Notes: generated by a model not told the origin, from the sequence alone. DNA of 44,252 nucleotides from Pirellulales bacterium (GCA_036379195.1 DASVHB010000067.1:1-44252), one strand, 5' to 3'; counted from the stretch's first letter, positions 1-9,039 are shown. Made by a program: numbers and translations.

Positions 1-35
1 ATGAGTGATGAGTGATGAGTGATGAGTGATGAGTG
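1..35 (+). repeat. perfect heptanucleotide tandem repeat (ATGAGTG)x5, cut by the window edge
   Basis: Read directly: atgagtg x5 at 1-35, followed by a degenerate atagtg. It ends 13 nt before the kbl ATG at 48. Confidence 0.95.
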
Positions 36-47
36 ATAGTGAACTCT

Positions 48-1226
48 ATGAGTAATGCAATTCTCGAACATCTTGCTCGACAGATTGACGAAATCCGTGC
101 GGCGGGGCTGTATAAGGCGGAACGGATCATCGCGTCTGCGCAGAATGCGCGGGTGGACGTAAAAGGCCGGGCGAACGTGCTCAACCTTTGTGCGAATAAT
201 TATTTGGGGCTGGCCGATCATCCTGAAGTGGTCGCCGCCGCGCATCGCGCGCTCGATGAACGCGGATACGGCCTGGCCTCGGTGCGGTTCATTTGCGGCA
301 CGCAGGACCAGCACAAGGCGCTGGAGGGAAAACTCTCGGAGTTTTTGGGCACGGAAGACACGATTCTTTATTCCTCGTGTTTCGACGCCAACGGCGGCTT
401 GTTCGAGACAATTCTGGGCGCGGAAGACGCCATCATTTCCGACGAGCTGAACCATGCCTCGATCATCGACGGCGTGCGGCTTTGCAAAGCCCAGCGGTTT
501 CGCTACCACAACAACAACATGGCCGATCTGGAAGCGAAGTTGCGCGACGCCCGTTCGGCCCGGTTTCGCCTGATCGCCACCGACGGCGTGTTTTCGATGG
601 ATGGCATCATCGCCAACCTGCCGGCGATTTGCGAGTTGGCCGATCGGCACGATGCCCTGGTGATGGTCGACGATTCGCACGCGGTCGGCATTTTGGGGCC
701 GAAGGGCCGCGGCAGCCACGATCACCATGGCGTCGTCGAGCGGATCGACATTCTCACCGGCACGCTCGGCAAAGCGCTGGGCGGCGCCAGCGGCGGCTAT
801 ACCAGCGGGCGGAAGGAAATCGTCGAGCTGCTGCGGCAGCGCTCCAGACCGTATCTGTTCTCGAACAGTTTGGCTCCCCCGATCGTCGGCGCGTCGCTGG
901 CGGTGCTCGACCTGCTGGAACGATCGGGCGAGTTGCGCGAGCGGTTGCGCGATAACACCCGGTTCATGCGACAGGGGCTCACCGAACGCGGCTTTGATAT
1001 TGTGCCGGGTGAACATCCGATCGTGCCGATCATGTTGGGCGACGCCGCCTTGGCCGCGCGGATGGCCGATGCGTTGCTCGAGCGCGGGATTTATGTGATT
1101 GGCTTTTCGTATCCGGTGGTGCCGATTGGTAAGGCCCGCATACGCGTGCAACTTTCGGCGGCCCACACGCGCGACGATTTGCAACAAGCACTCGACGCCT
1201 TTGCCGAGGTAAAAGCAAAACGGTAG
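48..1226 (+). CDS. kbl: 2-amino-3-ketobutyrate CoA ligase (glycine C-acetyltransferase), PLP-dependent
   Basis: The ORF is 33-1226. Motifs present: [50 protein letters not shown] (PLP lysine region) and RPYLFSNSL. It is collinear with E. coli Kbl as I recall it. Starting at ATG 48 (MSNAIL) gives the same 55-residue distance to NNYLGL as in E. coli Kbl, so I prefer it to GTG 33. Confidence 0.93.
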   Translation: MSNAILEHLARQIDEIRAAGLYKAERIIASAQNARVDVKGRANVLNLCANNYLGLADHPEVVAAAHRALDERGYGLASVRFICGTQDQHKALEGKLSEFLGTEDTILYSSCFDANGGLFETILGAEDAIISDELNHASIIDGVRLCKAQRFRYHNNNMADLEAKLRDARSARFRLIATDGVFSMDGIIANLPAICELADRHDALVMVDDSHAVGILGPKGRGSHDHHGVVERIDILTGTLGKALGGASGGYTSGRKEIVELLRQRSRPYLFSNSLAPPIVGASLAVLDLLERSGELRERLRDNTRFMRQGLTERGFDIVPGEHPIVPIMLGDAALAARMADALLERGIYVIGFSYPVVPIGKARIRVQLSAAHTRDDLQQALDAFAEVKAKR

Positions 1227-1262
1227 GGTGGGGTGGGACTCGCTGCGCTCGGCCCACCCTAC
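1223..1262. repeat. palindromic REP-like element (family A: GTAGGGTGGG..CCCACCCTAC) between convergent kbl and hpnE
   Basis: The 10-bp arms gtagggtggg (1223-1232) and cccaccctac (1253-1262) are perfect reverse complements with a 20-nt spacer. The left arm overlaps the kbl TAG stop (1224-1226). No U-run follows, so it is not a canonical intrinsic terminator. Related copies lie inside CDSs at 13823, 18788 and 31940. Confidence 0.8.
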
Positions 1263-1285
1263 GTCGGCTGTGATGAACCAGTGCG

Positions 1286-2683
1286 TTATCGAATCAGCCA
1301 TCGCGCCAGCCAGCCGCGAGGAAGGTCGGCAGCGAGCAGCCGCTGGGGCTGGCCCGCATAGCGCAAGATGGTTTCGGCCGCCAAATAGCCGCTGCGGACG
1401 GCGCCTTCCATCGTGCTGGGCCAGCCGGTGCGGGTCCAATCGCCCGCCAAGGCCAGGTTGGCGATTGCGGTTTGCTGCGAGGGCCGCAGCCGCTCGATGC
1501 CGGGTCGCACCGAGAAGACCGCCGCTTGCTCGCTCACCATGCGAGCGTGCAGCAATCGAGCATCGCCAGCCGCCGGCCAGATCGCGGCTAGTTCGCCCAC
1601 GATCTGGTCGATAATTTCTGGTCGCGGACGGTTTGCCAGACCGCGCGAGGCGCTGATGACCACCTGATAATAATGCCCGGTGGGCAACGATTGGTCGCTC
1701 GCCCGGCGGCCCCGATTGAACAGCCACTGGCTCAAGCGGCCCACCAGCACCGCGTGCGGCAGCGGCGTGATCTCGCGGTCGAACCAGAGATGGACGGCGG
1801 TGATGGGGGCCGACTCGATTTGATCGACCGTCATCAACTCGGGCAACTTTGCCGCCAGAGATTCATCGAAGACTTCACCCGCGCGTCGCCAAGGCAGAGC
1901 GACGACTACAGCATCGACCGTCAGGCGTGCCTCATCGAGCACCACCGCCGAAAGGCGCGTCGCGTCGCCTTCGATCCGCCGCACCGGGGTAGCCAAGTGC
2001 AGCGCGACATCGTTCGCGGCCAGCCAGGCTTGCAATGGACCGCCGTAAAGTTCACTCAGAGGCAGTTGCGGAATGTCGACTTGATAAGCGCCGCGCGAAG
2101 CCAAAAAACCATCGACGAACACCTTGCGACCGTGCGCCAGCGACGCGCGATCGAGTTCTTCGCCCAAAGCGCTCACGAGCACCACCGACCAGAACCGTTC
2201 GATCGCCTCGGCAGATTGCCGTTGGGCGCGGAGCCAATCGCCCACCGTGGGTGCACCGTCGTCGTCGTCGATCTTCATCCGCGCCAAGCGCCACAGCGCC
2301 CGCGCGATGGCGATGCGATCGCGCAGCGACAGAAACCCGAACCGCAGCAGCGAGGGACCGAGGTGCAGGGGGGCCGGCAAACAAGGGGTGGCCGAGAAGC
2401 GATAGCCCTCGCCATCGGGTCCAAAAAAGTGCAGCACGCGGTCGCGGCGAAAACCGGCGGCCAGGTCGGTGCGGCGGCAGAAATCGACCAGGTTGGTGCA
2501 GCACGCCATGCCGACGTGCTGGCAATGATCGACCCATTGGCTGCTGGCGGGATCGTGAAAACTGCCTGCCCGTCCGCCGAGTTGCCTGCGGGCCTCGAAC
2601 AGTTCGATCTGCCAGCCGCGTCCGCTGAGACCGACGGCCGCCGCCAGGCCCGCCAGTCCACCGCCGACGATAGCCACCCTCAT
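1286..2683 (-). CDS. hpnE: hydroxysqualene dehydroxylase HpnE (FAD-dependent amine-oxidase/phytoene-desaturase family)
   Basis: A Rossmann GxGxxG motif follows directly at the internal ATG (2681-2683): MRVAIVGGGLAGLAAAVGL. The C-terminal LALAGDWTRTGWPSTMEGAVRSG is typical of the family. It is the third gene after hpnC and hpnD. Its ATG overlaps the hpnD TGA (tcat at 2680-2683 is ATGA on the minus strand). The 68-codon upstream extension of the ORF is Arg/Ala-rich and was rejected. Confidence 0.8.
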   Translation of the reverse strand: MRVAIVGGGLAGLAAAVGLSGRGWQIELFEARRQLGGRAGSFHDPASSQWVDHCQHVGMACCTNLVDFCRRTDLAAGFRRDRVLHFFGPDGEGYRFSATPCLPAPLHLGPSLLRFGFLSLRDRIAIARALWRLARMKIDDDDGAPTVGDWLRAQRQSAEAIERFWSVVLVSALGEELDRASLAHGRKVFVDGFLASRGAYQVDIPQLPLSELYGGPLQAWLAANDVALHLATPVRRIEGDATRLSAVVLDEARLTVDAVVVALPWRRAGEVFDESLAAKLPELMTVDQIESAPITAVHLWFDREITPLPHAVLVGRLSQWLFNRGRRASDQSLPTGHYYQVVISASRGLANRPRPEIIDQIVGELAAIWPAAGDARLLHARMVSEQAAVFSVRPGIERLRPSQQTAIANLALAGDWTRTGWPSTMEGAVRSGYLAAETILRYAGQPQRLLAADLPRGWLARWLIR

Positions 2684-3570
2684 CGCGGCATGGCCCCCAT
2701 GGGCGGCGGCGTGGAATGGGCCGGGCTGGCAAACAGCCACCGCCCGGCCAACCGCAGTTTGCGCCAAGCGGTCAGCCGGATGCGACGACGAAAAACGTCG
2801 CCCTCGGCGCGTTTGATTTCGTCTAACAAGCCGCGATAGATGCTCGTCATGGCGCCGAACACCAACCGCCCGTCGGGGGCGAGCCATGGTTCGAGCGACG
2901 CCGCGTCGCGGTAAAAGCCCTCAGCCCGCTCAATCTGAAACCGCATCAAGTCGCGAAATCGCGAGTCGACCACTCCGCGTCGCAAATCGTCGACGCTGTA
3001 GCCAAAGCGGCGCAGGTCGTCTTGCGGCAAATAGACACGGCCGGCCGCGGCGTCTTCTTTCAGATCGCGCAGGATGTTGGTCAGTTGAAAGGCGATGCCG
3101 CACTGCACGGCCGGTTCGATCGCCGCGGGATCGCGAAATCCCCAGATATGAATGCAACAAAGACCGACGGTCGCCGCCACCTTATAACAGTAATCGCGCA
3201 GCTCGTCGAACGTCTGGTATTCGCTTCGCTCGAGGTCCATTTCGACGCCGTCGATCAGCTCGTGCAGCCGGGCGACCGGCAGATCGTAGCGTTCGATCGT
3301 GTCGAGCAGGGCGGGAAAGATCGGGGCATCGAAATCTCCCATCAAACCGCGCTCGAGCGACCGTCGCCAGCGGGCCAGCGCCTCGCGCCGCTGTTCGATC
3401 GGCCCAGGGTTGTCGCCGAGATCGTCGGTCAGACGCGAGAAAGCGTACAGGGCGCACATCGCTCGGCGTTTGGGCCGCGGCAACACGAGAAACGCATAAT
3501 AAAAATTGCTGGCCGTGCGGCGCGTCACCTGCCGGCAGCGTGCATAGCTGGTCGCAAGCGCGGTGGTCAT
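2680..3570 (-). CDS. hpnD: presqualene diphosphate synthase HpnD (squalene/phytoene synthase family)
   Basis: Motifs: SNFYYAFLVLP..KRRAMCALYAFSRLTDDLGD (first Asp-rich box) and QLTNILRDLKEDAAAGRVYLP (second box), which is the HpnD-type signature. The start is taken at MTTALATSY (ATG 3568-3570), which overlaps the hpnC TGA (tcat 3567-3570). Confidence 0.8.
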   Translation of the reverse strand: MTTALATSYARCRQVTRRTASNFYYAFLVLPRPKRRAMCALYAFSRLTDDLGDNPGPIEQRREALARWRRSLERGLMGDFDAPIFPALLDTIERYDLPVARLHELIDGVEMDLERSEYQTFDELRDYCYKVAATVGLCCIHIWGFRDPAAIEPAVQCGIAFQLTNILRDLKEDAAAGRVYLPQDDLRRFGYSVDDLRRGVVDSRFRDLMRFQIERAEGFYRDAASLEPWLAPDGRLVFGAMTSIYRGLLDEIKRAEGDVFRRRIRLTAWRKLRLAGRWLFASPAHSTPPPMGAMPR

Positions 3571-4517
3571 GACACACCCCCCCGCGCCGGCGAGGGGCGT
3601 TTGCAAAGTCCGAGCCGGCGAGCCAGCCAACCGGCGACGAGGCCGGCCTGGTCGGCGCGTGTCACCCGCGGGCGCCGCGACCAGACATCGAAATCGGCTT
3701 GGCGGATTTTTTGCAAGATTTTCAACCCGCCCTGCGCGATCAGCCAAACGTCGCCGCGTAAGCTACGGGGCAGTTCGTCAGCCAGCGGAAGCCCGTCGAA
3801 AAGCCATTGTTCGGCCCGGTCGACTTCGAAGGCCAGCAGCTTGCGAAACTCGGGGCTGGTGCGACGGGCGACAAAATCGGTTTCGCCGTATCCAAAGCGG
3901 CGGCAATCGGCCAAGGGGAGGTAGACTCTACCTCGGTCCCAATCGCTGGCCACGTCTTGCCAGAAATTGGCCAACTGCAAGCCGGTGCAAATGGCATCGC
4001 TGAGCCGGCCGCGCCGCTCGTCGTGCGCCCGGCCCAGAAATAGCACGATTCGCCCCACGGGGTTGGCCGATCGCCGGCAGTAGTCGAGCAGTTCGTCGAA
4101 CGTCTCGTAGCGGTCGACGTGCTGATCTTGACGGAAGGCGCTCAGCAAGTCTGCCAACGGCTGGCGGGGAATATCGAACGCACGGATAGTTTCGCCCAGC
4201 GCCACAAACACCGGATGGCTGGCATGGCCCGCATAACAATCGTCGAGCTGCTGCTGCCACCAGTCGAGCAGCGCCAGGCTGGCGCGGCGGTCGCCCGTTT
4301 CGTCGGCCAGATCGTCAGACCAGCGGCAATAGGCGTAGACGTGATAAAAATGGGGACGCAGCGCGCGGGGCAACAGCCAGCTTGCCACGGAGAAGTTTTC
4401 GTAATGCGCGCGGGCCAGCCGGCGGCAATACGCGCGCGCCTCGGTAAGCGACGTGCGCGTCGGCGCCGCCTGGGGACCAAAAGCGGCCAGTTCAGCGGCA
4501 AACGCGGCGCGGGTCAT
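3567..4517 (-). CDS. hpnC: hydroxysqualene synthase HpnC (squalene synthase family)
   Basis: Motifs: YENFSVASWLLP, YHVYAYCRWSDDLADE and QLANFWQDVASDWDRGRVYLP, which is the HpnC-type signature. It is the first gene of the minus-strand hpnCDE operon. Confidence 0.8.
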   Translation of the reverse strand: MTRAAFAAELAAFGPQAAPTRTSLTEARAYCRRLARAHYENFSVASWLLPRALRPHFYHVYAYCRWSDDLADETGDRRASLALLDWWQQQLDDCYAGHASHPVFVALGETIRAFDIPRQPLADLLSAFRQDQHVDRYETFDELLDYCRRSANPVGRIVLFLGRAHDERRGRLSDAICTGLQLANFWQDVASDWDRGRVYLPLADCRRFGYGETDFVARRTSPEFRKLLAFEVDRAEQWLFDGLPLADELPRSLRGDVWLIAQGGLKILQKIRQADFDVWSRRPRVTRADQAGLVAGWLARRLGLCKRPSPARGGVS

Positions 4518-4586
4518 GGAGCATCAACTATCCGGCGATGAAGAAGTAGATTATGATGATCTGCGACGAAGCTGACAAACCCTGCA

Positions 4587-5585
4587 ATGCCCATGAAAAT
4601 CATTTTGGCCAGTCCGCGCGGCTTTTGTGCGGGCGTCAACATGGCGATCGAAAGTCTGGAGCTGGCCTTGCGGCTCTACGGAACGCCGATCTACGTCTAT
4701 CACGAAATTGTCCATAACCGTTATGTCGTCGAGACGTTTCGGACCAAGGGCGTGGTGTTTGTCGATGAACTGAGCGACGTGCCGCCGGGAGCGGTGCTGC
4801 TGTATTCGGCCCACGGGGTCTCGCCCCAAATTCGGCAGCTTGCCCGCGACCGGCAGTTGCAAACGATCGACGCCACGTGCCCGCTGGTGACCAAAGTCCA
4901 CCTCGAGGCCATTCGTTACGCCAAAGAAGGTTATACCATCATCCTCATCGGTCACGAAGGTCATGACGAGGTGATTGGCACGATGGGCGAAGCGCCGCAG
5001 TCGATGATCCTGGTCGAGACTCCCGAAGATGTCGATCGGCTCAAGCTTGCCGACGACGCAAAGTTGGCCTATCTGACCCAGACCACGCTGTCGGTGGATG
5101 ACGCCAACCGGATTATTTCCCGGCTGCGCGAGCGCTATCCGCGCATTGCGAATCCGCCGAAAGAAGACATCTGCTATGCCACGCAGAATCGCCAAGAAGC
5201 GGTGCGGGTGTTATCGCGCGAGGCCGACGTGGTGTTGGTGTTGGGAAGCCAGAACAGCTCGAACAGCCAGCGACTGGCCGAGCTATCGCTGGAGAACAAG
5301 GTGCCGGCCTATCTGATCGACGGCGCGGCAGACATCGACGTGGGGTGGTTTCGCGGCGACGAGCGAGTGCTAGTGACTGCTGGGGCCAGTGCGCCGGAGT
5401 TGGTGGTAGAAGATTGCATCGAGTTTTTGCGAAAGCGGTTCGGGGCGGAGGTCGAGTCGCGCAGCGTGCGTCCCGAGGAGGTTTTCTTCCCGCTTCCCCG
5501 AGAGCTGCGGCAACTTGCCGGCAGTGCTCCGGTTGCCGGCAGCGCGCCCATTGCCGGCGGAGCGCCGGCCGGTCCACGCGCCTGA
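4587..5585 (+). CDS. ispH: 4-hydroxy-3-methylbut-2-enyl diphosphate reductase (IspH/LytB)
   Basis: The three Fe-S cysteines sit in their conserved contexts: PRGFCAGV, DATCPLVTKVH and DICYATQNRQ. Also present: HEIVHN, HGVSP and VVGSQNSSNS-type (LVLGSQNSSNSQRL). The gene is divergent from hpnC, with a 69-nt intergenic region. Confidence 0.93.
   Translation: MPMKIILASPRGFCAGVNMAIESLELALRLYGTPIYVYHEIVHNRYVVETFRTKGVVFVDELSDVPPGAVLLYSAHGVSPQIRQLARDRQLQTIDATCPLVTKVHLEAIRYAKEGYTIILIGHEGHDEVIGTMGEAPQSMILVETPEDVDRLKLADDAKLAYLTQTTLSVDDANRIISRLRERYPRIANPPKEDICYATQNRQEAVRVLSREADVVLVLGSQNSSNSQRLAELSLENKVPAYLIDGAADIDVGWFRGDERVLVTAGASAPELVVEDCIEFLRKRFGAEVESRSVRPEEVFFPLPRELRQLAGSAPVAGSAPIAGGAPAGPRA
5516..5569 (+). 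repeat. 18-nt x3 tandem repeat encoding (AGSAPV/AGSAPI/AGGAPA) in the IspH C-terminal tail
   Basis: Units: gccggcagtgctccggtt / gccggcagcgcgcccatt / gccggcggagcgccggcc. They lie after the conserved IspH core. Confidence 0.8.
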
Positions 5586-5653
5586 TGACCATCGACGGCG
5601 GTTGATGGCAACGCCCAGGATTTTCTTTGGTTTTGGCGGCGGTGCGCGTTACG

Positions 5654-8600
5654 ATGGGGCATGCCATGATGCCCGGCCACGCTATCCCCGATTGCGGCTC
5701 TTTCGGCGGCGACGGACTGTTGACCGTCGACGAGTCGGGACGCATCGAGTCGCTCAACGCGGCTTCCGCGAGATTGTTTGGCTACGCGCTCGACGAACTC
5801 ATCGGTCAACCATTGAGCTTGCTGCTGCCGGTATTGGGCAGCGAGACGTTTGCCAGCCGGCTCACGCCGTACCTTCAGCCGATCGACGGACAGCTTGCCC
5901 GGCGGCTCGATGGGCGGCGAAAGAACGGCGGCCCGGTGACGGTCGAGCTGACGGCGGTCGAGAGCCGGCTGGGCGGCCGGCGGCTGTTTACGGTGTTGGT
6001 TCATCCGGTGTACGCTTCGCCGGCGTCGTTGGGCGAGAACTGCGACTTGCTCGAGGTGCTGCTGGACAACCTGCCCGACTCGATCTATTTCAAAGACGCC
6101 GCCAGCCGGTTTATGCAGGTCAGCCGGGCGTTGGCCGAAAAGTTCGGGTTGCACGACGCGTCCGCGGCGCTGGGAAAGACCGACTTCGATTTTTTTACCG
6201 AAGAGCACGCGCGGCAGGCTTACGAAAACGAGCAGCAGACGATTGCCAGCGGCCAAGGCGTAATCAACCTGGAGGAGAAAGAGACCTGGCCCGACGGTCA
6301 TGTCACTTGGGCCTCGACCACCAAAATGCCGCTACGAGACCGGCGGGGCCGCGTGGTGGGCACGTTTGGCATTTCGCGCGACATCACCGACCGCAAGCGC
6401 GCCGAAGCGGAGCTGGAGCAACTCACCCAGTTTCTCGATTCGGTGCTCGACAACTTGCCGATCATGCTGTTTGTCAAAGACGCCGAGCATTTGCGCATCG
6501 AGCGTTTGAACAAAGCCGGCGAAGAACTGCTGGGCTATCCGCGCGAGCAATTGATCGGCAAGAACGACTATGACTTGTTCCCGCGGGAAGAGGCCGATTT
6601 CTTCATCGCCAAAGACCGCGACGTGCTGCTGGGCAAGCAATTGGTCGATGTGCCTGAGGAAGTCATTCGCACGCGGCACGGCGACCGCATCTTGCACACC
6701 CGCAAGATTCCGCTGTTCGACGATCAGGGCCGGCCAACGCACCTGGTGGGCATCTCGGAAGACATCACGTCGGCCAAGCAAGCCGCGGCGGCTCTGCAAA
6801 AGGCCAAGCTCGACGCCGAAGCCGCCAGCCGCGCCAAAAGCGAATTTCTGGCCAACGTCAGCCACGAGATTCGCACCCCGATGAACGGCATCATCGGCAT
6901 GACCGAGTTGGCGCTCGATACGGCACTGTCGCCGCAGCAACGCGAGTTTCTGAATATGGTGAAGGCCTCCGCCGATTCGCTGTTGGCGGTGATTAACGAC
7001 ATTCTCGATTTTTCGAAGATCGAGGCAGGCAAACTCGATCTCGACGCGGCGCCCTTCGCGCTGCGCGACAGCCTGGGCGACACCATGAAAACGCTGGCCG
7101 TGCGGGCCCACAAGAAAGGGCTGGAGGTGGCCTGCCAGGTATTGGCCGACGTGCACGACGGCCTGGTGGGCGACGCCGTGCGGCTGCGGCAAATCGTGGT
7201 CAACCTGGTGGGCAACGCCATTAAGTTTACGGAAACGGGCGAAGTGGTGATGCGCGTCGAGTTGCAGCCGCCGGAATTGGAGCATTCTCTTCCGGCGACG
7301 GACGGTGCGGGTGTGCTGCTGCATTTTGCGGTGCGCGACACGGGCATCGGCATCGCGCCCGACAAGCAGCAGTCGATCTTCGCTCCCTTCGTGCAGGCCG
7401 ATGGCTCGACGACGCGGCGCTATGGCGGCACCGGCCTGGGGCTGGCAATCTCGGCGCGGTTGGTCGAGTTGATGGGGGGCGAGCTGTGGGTCGAAAGCTC
7501 GCCGGGCCAAGGCAGCGTGTTTCATTTCACGGCTCGCTTTCAGTTGGCCGCGACGCCGCCGGCGGGCTCGTTGCCCGCCCGGCCAGCCGATCTGGAAGAT
7601 TTGCCCGTGCTGGTCGTTGACGACAATGCCACCAATCGCCGCATCCTGGAGGAGATGCTCACCAACTGGCACATGAAGCCCACCGTGGTGAGCGGCGCGG
7701 CCGAGGCGCTGAAGCAGATGCGGCTCGCTTGTGAGTCGGGCAATCCGTTCTCGCTGGTGTTGGTCGACGCGCAAATGCCGGAGATGGACGGCTACGCCTT
7801 GACGCGCGAAATCAACGACCATCTCGAATACAGCGGCGCGACGATCATGATGCTCTCGTCGGCCGACGCCGGCCGTAAATGCGATGCGAGCTTGCGTCTG
7901 GCCGCTTCGCTGATGAAGCCGATTAAGCAATCTGAGCTGTTCGATGCCATCATGTCGGCGCTAGGTGTCTCACTGCGGCGCGAGGTTCCACAAACCACTG
8001 AATGCGCGCAACAACCGCATCGCTCGCTGCGAATCCTGGTGGCTGAAGACAACGTGGTCAATCAAAAATTGGTGGTCCATCTGCTCGAAAAGCGGGGGCA
8101 TTGCGTCGTGGTGGCGGGCAACGGCCGCGAAGCGGTCGAGATTGTCGAACGGCAGCCGCTCGATTTGGTGCTGATGGATGTACAGATGCCCGAGATGGGC
8201 GGCTTCGAGGCGACGGCCGAAATCCGCCGCCGCGAGCAGATGCGCGGCGGCCATCTGCCGATTGTGGCCATGACGGCCCACGCCATGAAAGGCGACCGCG
8301 AGCGATGTCTGGAAGCGGGCATGGACGCCTATATCGGCAAGCCAATCCAGGCCCGCGCGCTTTGGGATCTGCTTGACACGCTTGTGACTACCGACGAGGT
8401 CAACGCCTCGCCGGCGACGATCGCGGGCGATGACTCAAGCATGCAATCGGCGATCAACCAGTTGGCCGGCGATCAGGAGTTGCTGCAAGAGCTGGTTCGT
8501 GTCTTTCTCGACGAATGGCCCGAATGGCGTCGGCAACTGTCTGACGCCGCCGCCACCGCAGATCTGGCGGCGCTGCGTCGGTTGGGCCATATGCTGAAGG

Positions 8601-8782
8601 GGTCGATGGGCCAATTTGCGTTCGAGGATGCGCGTGACGCCGCGGCGGAGCTCGAATCGCTCGGCGAAGCCGCCGGTCAGCTTGCGGCCGCCGATGCTTG
8701 TGCGCTGCTACTGAACGAAATCGAGCGTGCTCTACCGAGGCTCGAAGCGTTTTCGAAAACGCCGGCGCAGCGAATTCGCTGA
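5654..8782 (+). CDS. PAS-domain hybrid sensor histidine kinase / response regulator (PAS x3, HisKA, HATPase_c, REC, REC, Hpt)
   Basis: Three PAS-like segments are present (GRIESLNAASARLFGY.., KDAASRFMQVSRA.., KDAEHLRIERLNKAGEELLGY..). The H-box is SHEIRTPMNGIIGMTEL. The ATPase N/G boxes are VGNAIKFT, DTGIGI and GGTGLGL. The two receivers are VLVVDDNATNR..LVLVDAQMPEMDG and ILVAEDNVVNQ..LVLMDVQMPEMGG..GKP. The C-terminal Hpt has LGHMLKGS. The ORF opens at TTG 5627, and the first ATG is 5654, so the start is uncertain by about 10 codons. Confidence 0.85.
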   Translation: MGHAMMPGHAIPDCGSFGGDGLLTVDESGRIESLNAASARLFGYALDELIGQPLSLLLPVLGSETFASRLTPYLQPIDGQLARRLDGRRKNGGPVTVELTAVESRLGGRRLFTVLVHPVYASPASLGENCDLLEVLLDNLPDSIYFKDAASRFMQVSRALAEKFGLHDASAALGKTDFDFFTEEHARQAYENEQQTIASGQGVINLEEKETWPDGHVTWASTTKMPLRDRRGRVVGTFGISRDITDRKRAEAELEQLTQFLDSVLDNLPIMLFVKDAEHLRIERLNKAGEELLGYPREQLIGKNDYDLFPREEADFFIAKDRDVLLGKQLVDVPEEVIRTRHGDRILHTRKIPLFDDQGRPTHLVGISEDITSAKQAAAALQKAKLDAEAASRAKSEFLANVSHEIRTPMNGIIGMTELALDTALSPQQREFLNMVKASADSLLAVINDILDFSKIEAGKLDLDAAPFALRDSLGDTMKTLAVRAHKKGLEVACQVLADVHDGLVGDAVRLRQIVVNLVGNAIKFTETGEVVMRVELQPPELEHSLPATDGAGVLLHFAVRDTGIGIAPDKQQSIFAPFVQADGSTTRRYGGTGLGLAISARLVELMGGELWVESSPGQGSVFHFTARFQLAATPPAGSLPARPADLEDLPVLVVDDNATNRRILEEMLTNWHMKPTVVSGAAEALKQMRLACESGNPFSLVLVDAQMPEMDGYALTREINDHLEYSGATIMMLSSADAGRKCDASLRLAASLMKPIKQSELFDAIMSALGVSLRREVPQTTECAQQPHRSLRILVAEDNVVNQKLVVHLLEKRGHCVVVAGNGREAVEIVERQPLDLVLMDVQMPEMGGFEATAEIRRREQMRGGHLPIVAMTAHAMKGDRERCLEAGMDAYIGKPIQARALWDLLDTLVTTDEVNASPATIAGDDSSMQSAINQLAGDQELLQELVRVFLDEWPEWRRQLSDAAATADLAALRRLGHMLKGSMGQFAFEDARDAAAELESLGEAAGQLAAADACALLLNEIERALPRLEAFSKTPAQRIR

Positions 8783-9039
8783 CCGCCGCCGGTTGCGATA
8801 CCGCCCGAGCGTTTGCATGCGCTACGGTGGCCTGGGCAAAGTTTTCCGGCGCGCATTCCCTGCTTGTGGCTCACACCGGTCCCCGCCTGGGTGGCAAAGT
8901 TTGCCGCCTGTGAGGATTGTTTCAAGGAATCGGTGCGAACGGAAGTTACCTGTTCCGCGGCGTCGATGACCGATGCGGGAGACGCGAGTCCGCTGGCGGC
9001 GGATTGCGCCTCTGAAACAACCTCCGGTCGAGTTTTGCC

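Noticed and set aside
1673-2839. A long plus-strand ORF (388 aa) antisense to hpnE. Similar shadow ORFs lie at 3022-3924, 5309-6301, 5515-6573, 6332-7930, 13969-15270, 15277-16464, 23137-23928, 24286-24963, 29011-29904, 31183-32088 and 34734-35612.
   Set aside because: All overlap, on the opposite strand or in another frame, genes with strong family motifs. Their translations are Arg/Ala/Gly/Pro-rich low-complexity strings, typical of spurious ORFs in high-GC DNA.
2684-2887. A 68-codon N-terminal extension of the hpnE ORF. Analogous extensions exist for hpnD (3571-3747), the SnoaL-like gene (11024-11155) and the YHS gene (23998-24276).
   Set aside because: The conserved domains start at internal ATGs: GxGxxG at 2683, MTTALATSY at 3570, MSLAENKK at 11023, and the signal peptide at 23997. 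Two of these ATGs form ATGA overlaps with the upstream stop. The extensions overlap neighbouring genes and look like non-coding sequence translated by chance.
8768-8781. A 14-bp perfect palindrome cagcgaattcgctg (containing GAATTC) spanning the kinase stop codon, considered as a terminator.
   Set aside because: It could form at most a 5-bp stem with a 4-nt loop, and no U-run follows. It is too weak to call.
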